Shown here: positions 46,118 through 55,556 of the stretch, piece by piece | Numbering within the stretch: position 1 is the first letter of the stretch | Layout: each line of letters opens with the position of its first letter | Source of the DNA: Candidatus Hydrogenedentota bacterium | GTDB taxonomy: Bacteria; Hydrogenedentota; Hydrogenedentia; Hydrogenedentales; SLHB01 | Assembly (NCBI GenBank): GCA_963674865.2 | Contig: CAXXYE010000008.1 | Span: 320,001 to 384,000, forward strand | Reading direction: 5' to 3' | DNA: 64,000 nt | Translations under genes and position numbers: made by a program | Notes under the pieces: generated by a model | Seen by the model: only the letters and a program-made list of their open reading frames with translations | What the model was told of the DNA's origin: nothing | The model's database searches: none

Positions 46118-47263
46118 CTATTCGGCTGGCGTTTCACTAATAGGGCGACGCATTGCTTTGATGCGGTCGTACCGGTAGTCGAACAGGTCCTTTCGCTCTT
46201 TATGCCCCCGTTGCGTGGCGTAGAAAAGGTACAGCCATTCCTTGCCGTCGACCTTAGTCACGAGGGCCTGGGGTACATGGCACGCTGCAGCGTCAGTATC
46301 GGGCGGGATGAAACCGACGATGCGCCAGTTGAGCCCGTCGTCCGACACGGCTTCACAAAGGGCACGGCTAGTCCAACCCGCGTTGGGGTCATTCACTTTG
46401 GGCGGGTAGCCGTTGGGATCGGCAAAGGCGTGATAGCGGTTGCCGACACGGATGACCTCCGGGTTGGGCCACGTGGGAATGCACGGCTCCGCCAAGTCGC
46501 TGACAATCTTGAATGCGCCCTTGGCCCGGAAGTCACCGTCGCATTCGGCGTAGCCCATGCACACACCCATGGTTGGATGCCAGTAGTCGAACCACAGGCG
46601 CCATTTGCCGCCCTCCCACATGAGGCTGGGCCGGTTGAAATCGCCCGTCCAGCCTTCGTCGGTTCCGGGGTCCTGGACCTCTTTCGATTCAATGAGCAGC
46701 GGCTGGGCGGTCTTCTCCCAGTGGATGCCATCGTCCGATGTGGCGCCCATGACGCACAGGAGCATGTTGTTTGGATGACCTTTGACGGGGCGCGTGAAAT
46801 TCTTGCTCGTGGCACTGTAGGCCATGTAGTACTTCCCGTCACGAAAAACGACGGAGGGGTCGCCATTGTGCCATTCGTCGTAGAACCTATCGCTGGCCCA
46901 GAGCACCGGCACCCATTTGGCCGGTTCCATCCCGGTATCCCAGCCTTCTTCGCCTGCGTACACTTCCCAATCCGTCAAGTTCTTCGACCGTGCATGGAAT
47001 ATGGCGTCGCAGCCGGGATAATCGGGATTGATGTCCGCGGAAGCCCAGCCGAAGAACCACATCTTGTAGCGGTACTCCTCATCCGGAAATTCGCGCACAC
47101 ACGGTTGGTACATGTTTGCAAAGCCCCAGATCAGGCTCTGCTCCTGGCGTTCCCAGGCCCCGACCGGCTGCACGGGACGATCGTATCCACTGTCGGCGGG
47201 ACTCATGAATGAGAGGGCAATACCCAATGACACGAGCGTGACCCACGTCCTGTGAAAACACAT
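46118..47263 (-). CDS. Secreted five-bladed beta-propeller glycoside hydrolase-like protein
   Basis: Signal peptide; QPCV, GDPSVV, SDDGIHW, RPSL, NPEV, SDDGLNW blades. Confidence 0.75.
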   Translation of the reverse strand: MCFHRTWVTLVSLGIALSFMSPADSGYDRPVQPVGAWERQEQSLIWGFANMYQPCVREFPDEEYRYKMWFFGWASADINPDYPGCDAIFHARSKNLTDWEVYAGEEGWDTGMEPAKWVPVLWASDRFYDEWHNGDPSVVFRDGKYYMAYSATSKNFTRPVKGHPNNMLLCVMGATSDDGIHWEKTAQPLLIESKEVQDPGTDEGWTGDFNRPSLMWEGGKWRLWFDYWHPTMGVCMGYAECDGDFRAKGAFKIVSDLAEPCIPTWPNPEVIRVGNRYHAFADPNGYPPKVNDPNAGWTSRALCEAVSDDGLNWRIVGFIPPDTDAAACHVPQALVTKVDGKEWLYLFYATQRGHKERKDLFDYRYDRIKAMRRPISETPAE

Positions 47264-47947
47264 GGCTTTTCCTTTCCGGTTGTGCACCGAGGACTCCTCT
47301 ATCTGCGCTGTAATCCCTTCCTTCATGCGCGGCGGAACGGCGTCGCGTGTAAGGGGATGATGATGACGTCGCTCTTCCCCTTGCCCAAAACCACCGTAAC
47401 AGACGGGCCAAGGAGTGCAGGCAGTTCTGCTACAGGTGTGCTACCCGCTGTGAGCGCGCAGGATGATATCCCAGATTGCATCGGGTCTGACCGTCTCTTC
47501 CTCCCGGGTGGGGGTTAACCAGCCCCCTCAATATTCTCCTTACATCCGTAGATTAGGATGCTGTTGGCTTCGACTGACTCCCCCGGTGCTTGTGCCTGCG
47601 GTCCATCGGACCAACCGACATTCAAAGGGGTGATGACCCTGGCATCGAGGTTGTGCCTCGCATTTTCTCGTCCGCGTTGCTGCCATTGAACCTACGTCAT
47701 TTGCCGAGTAAGCTTCAAGAAGCAAGGGGCACGCACACATCCCGCGGCGACGTTGTCGAACCCACGTTGTTCCTGTGGCTCGAACGGGAAGCTTCGGTGA
47801 TGACGGCGATGAAGCCCGCAGCGACGCTGACCTGCAATCTCGACGAGGAGCCGCGAGAACCGCTGACTGGTGAACGTTCGATTCGATTTGGCATGGCAGG
47901 CTAGGGACGAAAGCCGTGGCGCGCGGAAGCAATGGAAGGAAAAGGTC

Positions 47948-50900
47948 ATGTTTGGGGACAGTGTGCGATTGGGCTTCATTCTGGCTGTTCTTGCAGGAGC
48001 ACTCATCTGCAGTTCACGTTGCCACGCGCTGACGGGCTGGGCCATGCAAGAACAATTCGGCGTTCACGAGCCCCCCGTGTCTGAAAACGGAGTGTGCGCG
48101 GGGCATATCGGCGCCTTACCCTCATTCGAGGCAACGCCGCCGTCAGTGGGCACGCATCTTGTCCGCGTGTCGTTGCCCTTCGTGCCTGCTGCGTTGCCCG
48201 CGGAGATGGGCCTATGTGCGTCCTGCGGGGGCGCGGACGTTATCGCGGATGTACGCCCGCTCACATACCATCCGGGCCGGCCGAGATCGATACGCCGTGC
48301 GTTGGTCACCTTTCCTTTCAATTTCGCGGACACGACAAAGTGCGCCTTCAAACTTGCTCTGACCCCACCGCAAGAAGGCACCCATGGGGGCGATGTGACG
48401 GAGGAGGACAATGGGCTCGGAATCTCGCTCGGACCTCTGACGATTCATGTCGGTCCCGACACCGTCACATGGCGTATGAAAGCGGGGGAGACATGGCAGG
48501 CCAGCCTTATCGCGCCGCCGAGGTCATCAAGTGAGTTCGTTGCGGAAACCGTCGAAGCGGGACAGCATTACGTCTGGGTGCGGCTCCTCCTCTCTGACCC
48601 GGATTGGCCGCGGATCATCGAGGTCCAGGCAGATTGCCTCGGTACCGTGGCGATCCAGGGGCACGTGCAACGCCGCGCCGAGGGCGACGCGACGGCGCCC
48701 GATCTCGGCTGGCATCTCAACGCCCCCGGACTGCCGGCGGGAATCCAGCACGTGTTTGCGGACGGCGAACCGTGTGTGGTCACCGCATCGGACGGAGCGA
48801 CAGTCGTCACGTTTCCCGTAGCCCCATTGACCCGCCGGGGAAGCGTGGCGAGCACCGCGGACGAACTGAGGTATCTGCGCTGTACGGCCGACGAGGGTGT
48901 GCCGTTCCAGAGCATGGCCTGGCGGCGGGCGGCGGTCGTGGTTGGGCCTGCGTCCAGCACGGCCCGAAACGCGCTGCTTGAGCCGGACCTTGCTGTAACC
49001 GTCGTTCCGGAAGCGTTTGATGCTGTGTACGGGTCGGGCACTTCGGTGGACCTAGCGCTATGGCCCGTGCTGGACGACTGTTCCGAATATACGCGGGCGG
49101 CGGTGAAAAGGTCTGCCGCAGTGGGCGACGATTACGGGAACATCACCACATTTTCACACGGGCAACAGCATGGCGGCGCATACGGCATGAACCGGCTCAA
49201 TCATTGCCCGGCTGTATTTGAGGAGGCCTACCGAACCCGCGATAGGGCCCTACGTAACGCGGCGGTCTTGTGGTGTGGCAACGTGCACGACCTGTCGTTG
49301 TGGTGGGGCGACGATGATGATTTCGGAGGCACGCGGTACAACAACGCCTCGGCGGCGGGCCACAAGGAGCACGAGGGCGACCCGAACTTCATGTGGCGGT
49401 TGGACGGGGCAAGCACGTTTTGCACGAAGGGATACGACGCGTTTTTCTACGCCTACGAGGAGACCGGCGACCCGCGCATGATGACGGCGCTGCTGGGCCA
49501 GGTCGACTACGCGTCGAAGCACGTTCACGCCGATACGGGCCAATGCCGGGACATCGGCGACGTAGCCGATTTCATGCGGCTGTACCGGTTCACCGGCGAT
49601 GTCCGGTTCAAGCACGAGGCCTTGCGGCTGTTCCGCGAACTGCGCACGAAGTTGTCGGCGGGCGACCTGTTCAGCCAAGGCGGCCAGCCTATTGCGAAGG
49701 ACGGTCCGTTTATCGATGACGACCAGCACGGCTACGAGGCGCCGTTCGCCAAACCGTACATCATCGGATATGCCTTGGCGGGATTACCGGACTTGTTACG
49801 CGAATGTCCCGACGAGCCGCGCTTGCGCGATGTGGTGCGTGCGGTGGCCGATTTTCTGGCGGCCTCGCAAGACCCAACCGGCGGGTGGCGGTACCCACAC
49901 CCCGCGAGTTCTGGACTGATTCTCAGCCAGAACATGGAACACGCGGCCCAACTCGTCCGGGCTGCATCGGTGCTCGAAGCCCGCGGCGAGCCCATTGACA
50001 ACTTGATCGACGCCATTGAACGCGCCCTGCAAACGCGGGTCGCGGGATTTGGACGCTCGGGCCGTATCTTGGCGTCCGTGACCGGTTGGGAGCAGACAAC
50101 CGGCGCGATACCTGAAGGGAAGACCATCTACGACCTTTGCGCCAAGCCGGATGACCGAGACCCGTCCCGCGACTACACCGAAGGCGCGGTGGGCGTGGGG
50201 TCCGCGCCGCCGGAGGGTCTGGTGTATTTCCCCGACGTGTTGCGATTCTACCTGGGGCGCCGGCCCGCGGAGCGTCTGTTTGCGATGAGCCCCGAATTGG
50301 CCTTGGTGGTGGCGCGTATTCCTGACGCACGGCTCCGGCTCACGCCCGCCGATAAGGGTTCGTATCTTCGTATCGAACGGCCCGACGACCCGAGCGTCGG
50401 CTTTTTGCTTTGGGGACCCGAATGGGTGACTTTTCCCGAACTGGGTTATTCGGAAGAGGAACTCGGCGGAATGGCGTTGGATTGGAAGAGGGACGAGGCA
50501 ACCGGTGCGGTTTCCTACACGATCGACCGGGAAAGCGCCACGTTTACCGCCAGCTTTGTGCCGCATCCCGATTATGTTGAGTGCACCTACACGACATGGC
50601 CGAAGCCCGGCGTCGTTCCGAGCGGTAATCTGGGCGTGGGGCCTTGCACCCAAATGAAAGCCGGTGTCTTCGAAACGGACTCACAAGACTTGCTCAGCAG
50701 GCTGTGGTTTCTCAGCAACGGGGAGTGGACGAGCCTTGGGTCGTGCGCAGGCGGCAACGAGCGCAATGTCCTGCATATTCAAGGCAATCCTTCGCCCGAG
50801 ATGACGGGAGGCATGGCCGAGAGCGGATGGCGCACGATTCAGTCGCCTCGGCCCGACAACGCGCTTATCGCTTGCACGAGCCCGGACGGTCGGTGGGTGG

Positions 50901-52207
50901 CCGCCACCGCAGCGGAGTTCTCGACCAGCCTGTGCAACAACGCCGGGGCATCGCACCGGTGTATCCATTCGCAAGGGTCAATACCCCTGCGCAAGGACGG
51001 TCCCACGACCTTGCGCGTCCATGTGTATCTGCTGGAAGGCACACTCGACGATCTGCGCGCCCGGTATGAACTGGACGCGGCGCGCTGGCAGGCCGCACCT
51101 GCCGCCCCGCCCGCAGCCGTGGCCGGCGTGGATACCTACGGCGTTCGCCGGATGTTGCCTTCATTCAACGACATTCGCGTGCGGCGCATGGGTTTTCCGT
51201 TGGCGTGGCCACACACGGACTTGCCGTTCGCGGAATGGCGCGCAGAAGCACGGCGCGTGTACCTCGACAGCCTGTCCACTCCGCCGCAGCGCGCAACCTT
51301 TGCGCCCGCCGTAATCGCCGTCGAGGACCGCGGGGCGTATGAGGCCCGCAAGATTGCTTTCAACGTCAATGCCGACTGTCGCATCAAAGCCTACCTGCTC
51401 GTGCCGAAGGGCAACGGCCCCTTCCCGGGGATGATCGCCCTACACGATCACGGGGCGCATTTCTCCATCGGCAAGGAGAAGGTCGTGCGGCCTTTCGGCG
51501 AACCCCAAGCCGTGCTCGACGATGCCACGGCGTGGGTGAACGAGTGTTACGGCGGCCGTTGGATCGGCGACGAACTTGCCAAGCGTGGCTACGTGGTCCT
51601 CGCCATCGACGTGTTGTACTGGGGAGACCGCGGCCGCATGGAAGGCGTCGACTACGAGGACCAGCAGGCGGTCGGCGCCAACATGTTGCATCTCGGCTAC
51701 TCGTGGGCGGGATACAACGTGTGGGATGACATCCGCAGCGCTGAGTTTCTCCAAGGGCTGCCGGAGGTCGACCCGGACCGGATTGCGTGCGTCGGCCTCT
51801 CCATGGGCGCCAACCGCACGTGGCATCTGGCGGCCGCGACGGATATTGTAAAGGCTGGCGCTGCCATTTGTTGGATGGGCGATACGGCAACCCTCGCCGA
51901 GGAGGGCAATAACCAGACCACAGGGTACTCGGCGTACAGCATGATTCATCCGGGTCTACGTAACGCCCTCGACTATCCCGACGTGGCCGCCATCGCGTGT
52001 CCGAAGCCCATGCTGTTCTTCAACGGTTCACAGGACGGCCTGTTCCCCGTGCCCGGCGTCGAGGCCGCCTATGCACGAATGCGGGACGTCTGGGAGTCGC
52101 AAGACGTTGCGGGTCGCCTCTACTGCCGGCTCTGGGACGTGCCTCACGAGTTCAATGCGGCTATGCAAGAGGACGCCTTTGCCTGGCTTGACCGGTATAT
52201 GAAGTAA
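47948..52207 (+). CDS. Large secreted multidomain protein: (alpha/alpha)-toroid-like region, beta-rich region and C-terminal alpha/beta hydrolase
   Basis: Signal peptide. YEETGDPR, LYRFTGD, SQDPTGGW helical repeats. C-terminal ALHDHG, CVGLSMG, IACPKP, PHEF. Confidence 0.85.
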   Translation: MFGDSVRLGFILAVLAGALICSSRCHALTGWAMQEQFGVHEPPVSENGVCAGHIGALPSFEATPPSVGTHLVRVSLPFVPAALPAEMGLCASCGGADVIADVRPLTYHPGRPRSIRRALVTFPFNFADTTKCAFKLALTPPQEGTHGGDVTEEDNGLGISLGPLTIHVGPDTVTWRMKAGETWQASLIAPPRSSSEFVAETVEAGQHYVWVRLLLSDPDWPRIIEVQADCLGTVAIQGHVQRRAEGDATAPDLGWHLNAPGLPAGIQHVFADGEPCVVTASDGATVVTFPVAPLTRRGSVASTADELRYLRCTADEGVPFQSMAWRRAAVVVGPASSTARNALLEPDLAVTVVPEAFDAVYGSGTSVDLALWPVLDDCSEYTRAAVKRSAAVGDDYGNITTFSHGQQHGGAYGMNRLNHCPAVFEEAYRTRDRALRNAAVLWCGNVHDLSLWWGDDDDFGGTRYNNASAAGHKEHEGDPNFMWRLDGASTFCTKGYDAFFYAYEETGDPRMMTALLGQVDYASKHVHADTGQCRDIGDVADFMRLYRFTGDVRFKHEALRLFRELRTKLSAGDLFSQGGQPIAKDGPFIDDDQHGYEAPFAKPYIIGYALAGLPDLLRECPDEPRLRDVVRAVADFLAASQDPTGGWRYPHPASSGLILSQNMEHAAQLVRAASVLEARGEPIDNLIDAIERALQTRVAGFGRSGRILASVTGWEQTTGAIPEGKTIYDLCAKPDDRDPSRDYTEGAVGVGSAPPEGLVYFPDVLRFYLGRRPAERLFAMSPELALVVARIPDARLRLTPADKGSYLRIERPDDPSVGFLLWGPEWVTFPELGYSEEELGGMALDWKRDEATGAVSYTIDRESATFTASFVPHPDYVECTYTTWPKPGVVPSGNLGVGPCTQMKAGVFETDSQDLLSRLWFLSNGEWTSLGSCAGGNERNVLHIQGNPSPEMTGGMAESGWRTIQSPRPDNALIACTSPDGRWVAATAAEFSTSLCNNAGASHRCIHSQGSIPLRKDGPTTLRVHVYLLEGTLDDLRARYELDAARWQAAPAAPPAAVAGVDTYGVRRMLPSFNDIRVRRMGFPLAWPHTDLPFAEWRAEARRVYLDSLSTPPQRATFAPAVIAVEDRGAYEARKIAFNVNADCRIKAYLLVPKGNGPFPGMIALHDHGAHFSIGKEKVVRPFGEPQAVLDDATAWVNECYGGRWIGDELAKRGYVVLAIDVLYWGDRGRMEGVDYEDQQAVGANMLHLGYSWAGYNVWDDIRSAEFLQGLPEVDPDRIACVGLSMGANRTWHLAAATDIVKAGAAICWMGDTATLAEEGNNQTTGYSAYSMIHPGLRNALDYPDVAAIACPKPMLFFNGSQDGLFPVPGVEAAYARMRDVWESQDVAGRLYCRLWDVPHEFNAAMQEDAFAWLDRYMK

Positions 52208-52280
52208 GGGAACACGTGCAAGGAACGAGACGAACACCGGACGAGGCTAAGCTGTCACGACCTTTACGGCGGATGCGTAG

Positions 52281-52751
52281 TCACAGGCCGGCGTAGAGCC
52301 AATCGTGGGACGTACTGTGGGCGATGTTCCAGTCCGCAAGCTTGCGGGCACATCGGAGGGCGTCCGCATTCCCCGAGTATCTGTAGTAACTGAGGCACGC
52401 CTCGATATTGATTGCGTGGTGGAATGCCGGGTAGACCACGCCGCGGTCAACTACGGGCTCTGTATAAGGTCGTCCACTGGGACTGAGCTTTGCGTGCGTG
52501 AAGAAGGGCAGCAAAGGCTCTCCGGAGGCGTCGTGCAAGCGCTCCCCCTTGAACCACGCATCTTGGTCAACCAGCAGGAAGCGCATGGAGCGGTCGATGA
52601 ATTCTGAATAGGCTATTGCGGGCAGGAGGCCGGCGTCCTCGCTGCGCAAGGGCGCGCAAAAGACGATGCCGGATTCCGACGCGTAGCACATCGTCTCCGC
52701 ATTGCCAGTTGAGCATGTGAACATAAGATATGCACCTAAGGCCAGGCTCAT
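52281..52751 (-). pseudogene. Truncated secreted (alpha/alpha)-toroid glycosidase-like gene
   Basis: Signal-like N-terminus; YYRYSGN.DAL..ARKLADWNI; stops early against the convergent gene. Confidence 0.5.
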
Positions 52752-53178
52752 TATGGCCCTTGTATCCGAGGAATCCCTCACAACTCATCTCCTTGTTCGC
52801 GGCGGTTCGCAAATGATGCAAATGGCAGTTCAAAGGCATAGCGCCTATGCGGCAGTGTATCTCTGTTGATAGGGTTGCCAAACGGGCGACGCATGCGAAG
52901 AGGTGCGGTAGTTGTGGGGATTCAAGTCCAAGCCGGGAACCGATGGACAAAGGCCGTCAGGCATCCCCACACTGGAGAACAAGTTGCTCTCGGCCAGGAT
53001 GTCTTGGATAATGGAGCACGTTCTTGAGCAGGATTCCATCGCGGTCCGGCCGGACTGCCGCTGCCATGATGCGCTGCGGGCGCTGACTGTAACGGTAGGT
53101 TCGGGCCAGATAGAGTGGGTCGTGGAGAGGGAATCCGTTATGCTTCCGTGTCAAACAAACCGGAGAGGGTCAGTAGAG

Positions 53179-55512
53179 ATGGAGTATGCGAGCGATCATG
53201 TCGTGTCGTGTTTGAGTGGCGCTTCAGTTCTCCGCCCATTCTGGGTAGCCGTTCTCGCGGCTCTATTCGTGTTGTTGTCCAACCCAGTCGTGGCGGAGCT
53301 GATAGTCGTCCAGGTGTCGGAGATGACGGGAATCGACCAGTGGAAAGAGGGGCAGTCTTGGGGGGCAGGCAACTTCTTCACCTCCAATGGTTCACCGGTC
53401 AGCAAGCGCGTTGCCTTTGAGGGTGGCGAGTACCAAGTCTATGCCCGAATCTATACGTCACCGTCAGCGCCAGCGGACATCCGGATCTGGGTGAATGACG
53501 CCTGTCTGATTCCGCCCATGCAGGCGAAAGTGTGTAAGTTTGGATGGGTGCGGGTGGCATCGGTGATCCTGCCCAAGAGCGAGGCTGAAATCCGCGTGGA
53601 GTCACCAACCCCGGGCAAAGCTAGTGACCACAGCTTCGCGGCCTTGGCCTTCTGCTCGACACCTATGGATGACCGCGTCGGCCGGGTCATTGCGCTTACA
53701 GAGTGGCTTCGGAGCGAGTTGGTTCGGCTGGAAGCCCCCAAACCCGCCCCCAGAACCTTGGCGGAAGTTAGCGAACGCCAGCAGGCATTGCGCAGCAAAC
53801 TCCTAGGTGCATTGGGTTTAGACCCGCTCCCGCCTCGGACGCCTCTAAACTCGGTCGTCAAAGGCCAAATAGAGAAAGCGGATTACGTCATCGAGAAAAT
53901 CGCTTACGAAAGCCGGCCGAACCACGTCGTACCCGCGCTACTCTATCTGCCGAAAAACGCGCCGAAACCAGTTCCGGCGGTCATCAGCGCTATTGGCCAC
54001 TGGAGCTATGGCAAGAGTTCTGTGAAGCCCCAGCTGCGGGGGATCGGTCTAGCCAAGCATGGCTACGCGGTCCTGGCAGTCGAGGGAGTCTATGCTTGGG
54101 AGCGGCACATACCGGACAATAGTGAGGGTTTCGAGCCATTGGTCGCCGGTGGCGCCATCGTGGGCCATGAAGTATGGGACATCATGCGGGGTGTGGATTA
54201 TCTCGAAACACGTCCTGACATAGACGCTACCCGCCTGGCCGTCACGGGAGCGTCCGGCGGCGGGCTGCAGACCTTCTACGCGGGGGCGGTGGATGAGCGC
54301 TTCGACGCTGTGATGCCGGCAGTTGCCCTTTGGCCCATGTCTGAACTTGCTGTCAACTTCTACTACTCCAAGGATAACTGGGTACCTGGAATCTCGCAGA
54401 TGGGTGGTATGGGGAGCTTGATAGCCATTACTGCGCCCCGGGCCATGCTGATTATGAACGTGGACGCGGACTACGCCACAAGCTACGCTTGCGAACAAAT
54501 AGTAAATGCCGCCCGGCCTTTCTATCGCGTCTTGGGAGCCGAGTCCCGAATCTTACACACCATACAACCGGGCGTTCATGACTACACCAAACTCATGCGT
54601 GAAAACACGTGTGCCTTCCTGGACCGTTGGCTCAAGGGCGTCGGTGATGGCTTCCCAGTAGAAGAGCCTCCAATCGACAGCGAGGTGTTCGACGAGGAGG
54701 ACCCTGCGCTTCTTGTTTTCGAAGGAAAGGGTATACCCGAAGATGGCGCCGAAACTGTTGGGAGTATCTGGACCGGGAAGGCGGCCGCCTTATGCGCAGG
54801 GCTGCCGGATCAGCCGGAAGCTCTGCCCGGGAAGCTTCGCGCCCTCCTCGATATACCCGGTCTCCAGGCTCCCGAAGCTGTGCTGACTGACCGGGGTTTC
54901 CTTCTGACTACCGATCCCGGTGTGCAGGTGGCCGTGTTGCACATGGGCAAAGGGCCGCGAGCCGTCATTTGGCTCGGGGAGTCTGATTTCGAGGCGGAAT
55001 CACAGCGAGACGAGGTCCAGACGCTGGCGCGAAACGCCTCTGTATTCGTTGTGGAGCCCCGCGGCGCTGGCATGCCGGGGGAAATGCACATTTTGCGCCA
55101 AGCCCCCATCGTTATGGGACGTCCACTCGGCGGGATGTGGGCATACGACCTACTGTGTGTTGTGAACTATCTGGATGGCCAGCAGGAGTTTGAGAGTGTC
55201 TCAGTGGCGGGCCGGGGCCGCGAAATGGGTCTGGCGTGCCTAATCGCGTCGCTTCTGGACAACCGTATTAGGGGGACGGCAATCGACGGAATGTTCTCGA
55301 GCTTTGTGCAGCTTGTGGGTTACGGCAATTCGGCTTTAAACATCCCCGGGATTCTGAAGGTGGCTGACGTCGAACACCTCGTGCGCGCTGCCGGTGAGGA
55401 CCGAGTTCTACTGAATAACATGGACAGATCCGAGTGGGCGGGAGCACTGCAATCTTCCTACAGGCCTGCCGTTGAGTTCTTCGAGCAATGGCTTATGGCC
55501 GCATCAACTTGA
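53179..55512 (+). CDS. Secreted acetylxylan esterase-like alpha/beta hydrolase with duplicated hydrolase fold
   Basis: YVIEKIAYESRP, VPALLYLP, GHW, TGASGGG, APRA, HDY; second degenerate hydrolase domain. Confidence 0.85.
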   Translation: MEYASDHVVSCLSGASVLRPFWVAVLAALFVLLSNPVVAELIVVQVSEMTGIDQWKEGQSWGAGNFFTSNGSPVSKRVAFEGGEYQVYARIYTSPSAPADIRIWVNDACLIPPMQAKVCKFGWVRVASVILPKSEAEIRVESPTPGKASDHSFAALAFCSTPMDDRVGRVIALTEWLRSELVRLEAPKPAPRTLAEVSERQQALRSKLLGALGLDPLPPRTPLNSVVKGQIEKADYVIEKIAYESRPNHVVPALLYLPKNAPKPVPAVISAIGHWSYGKSSVKPQLRGIGLAKHGYAVLAVEGVYAWERHIPDNSEGFEPLVAGGAIVGHEVWDIMRGVDYLETRPDIDATRLAVTGASGGGLQTFYAGAVDERFDAVMPAVALWPMSELAVNFYYSKDNWVPGISQMGGMGSLIAITAPRAMLIMNVDADYATSYACEQIVNAARPFYRVLGAESRILHTIQPGVHDYTKLMRENTCAFLDRWLKGVGDGFPVEEPPIDSEVFDEEDPALLVFEGKGIPEDGAETVGSIWTGKAAALCAGLPDQPEALPGKLRALLDIPGLQAPEAVLTDRGFLLTTDPGVQVAVLHMGKGPRAVIWLGESDFEAESQRDEVQTLARNASVFVVEPRGAGMPGEMHILRQAPIVMGRPLGGMWAYDLLCVVNYLDGQQEFESVSVAGRGREMGLACLIASLLDNRIRGTAIDGMFSSFVQLVGYGNSALNIPGILKVADVEHLVRAAGEDRVLLNNMDRSEWAGALQSSYRPAVEFFEQWLMAAST

Positions 55513-55556
55513 CGAATGAGCGGTATGCAACTGCGGATAGAACAGAGGGGTGGCCC

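Noticed and set aside
47330..47940. Several 88-130-aa ORFs in the divergent intergenic region
   Set aside because: No recognisable motifs or clear RBS; cannot be supported as genes.
52281..52283. TGA as possible selenocysteine readthrough
   Set aside because: Not a Cys-like catalytic context, and the frame runs into a convergent gene within about 75 bp; truncation is simpler.
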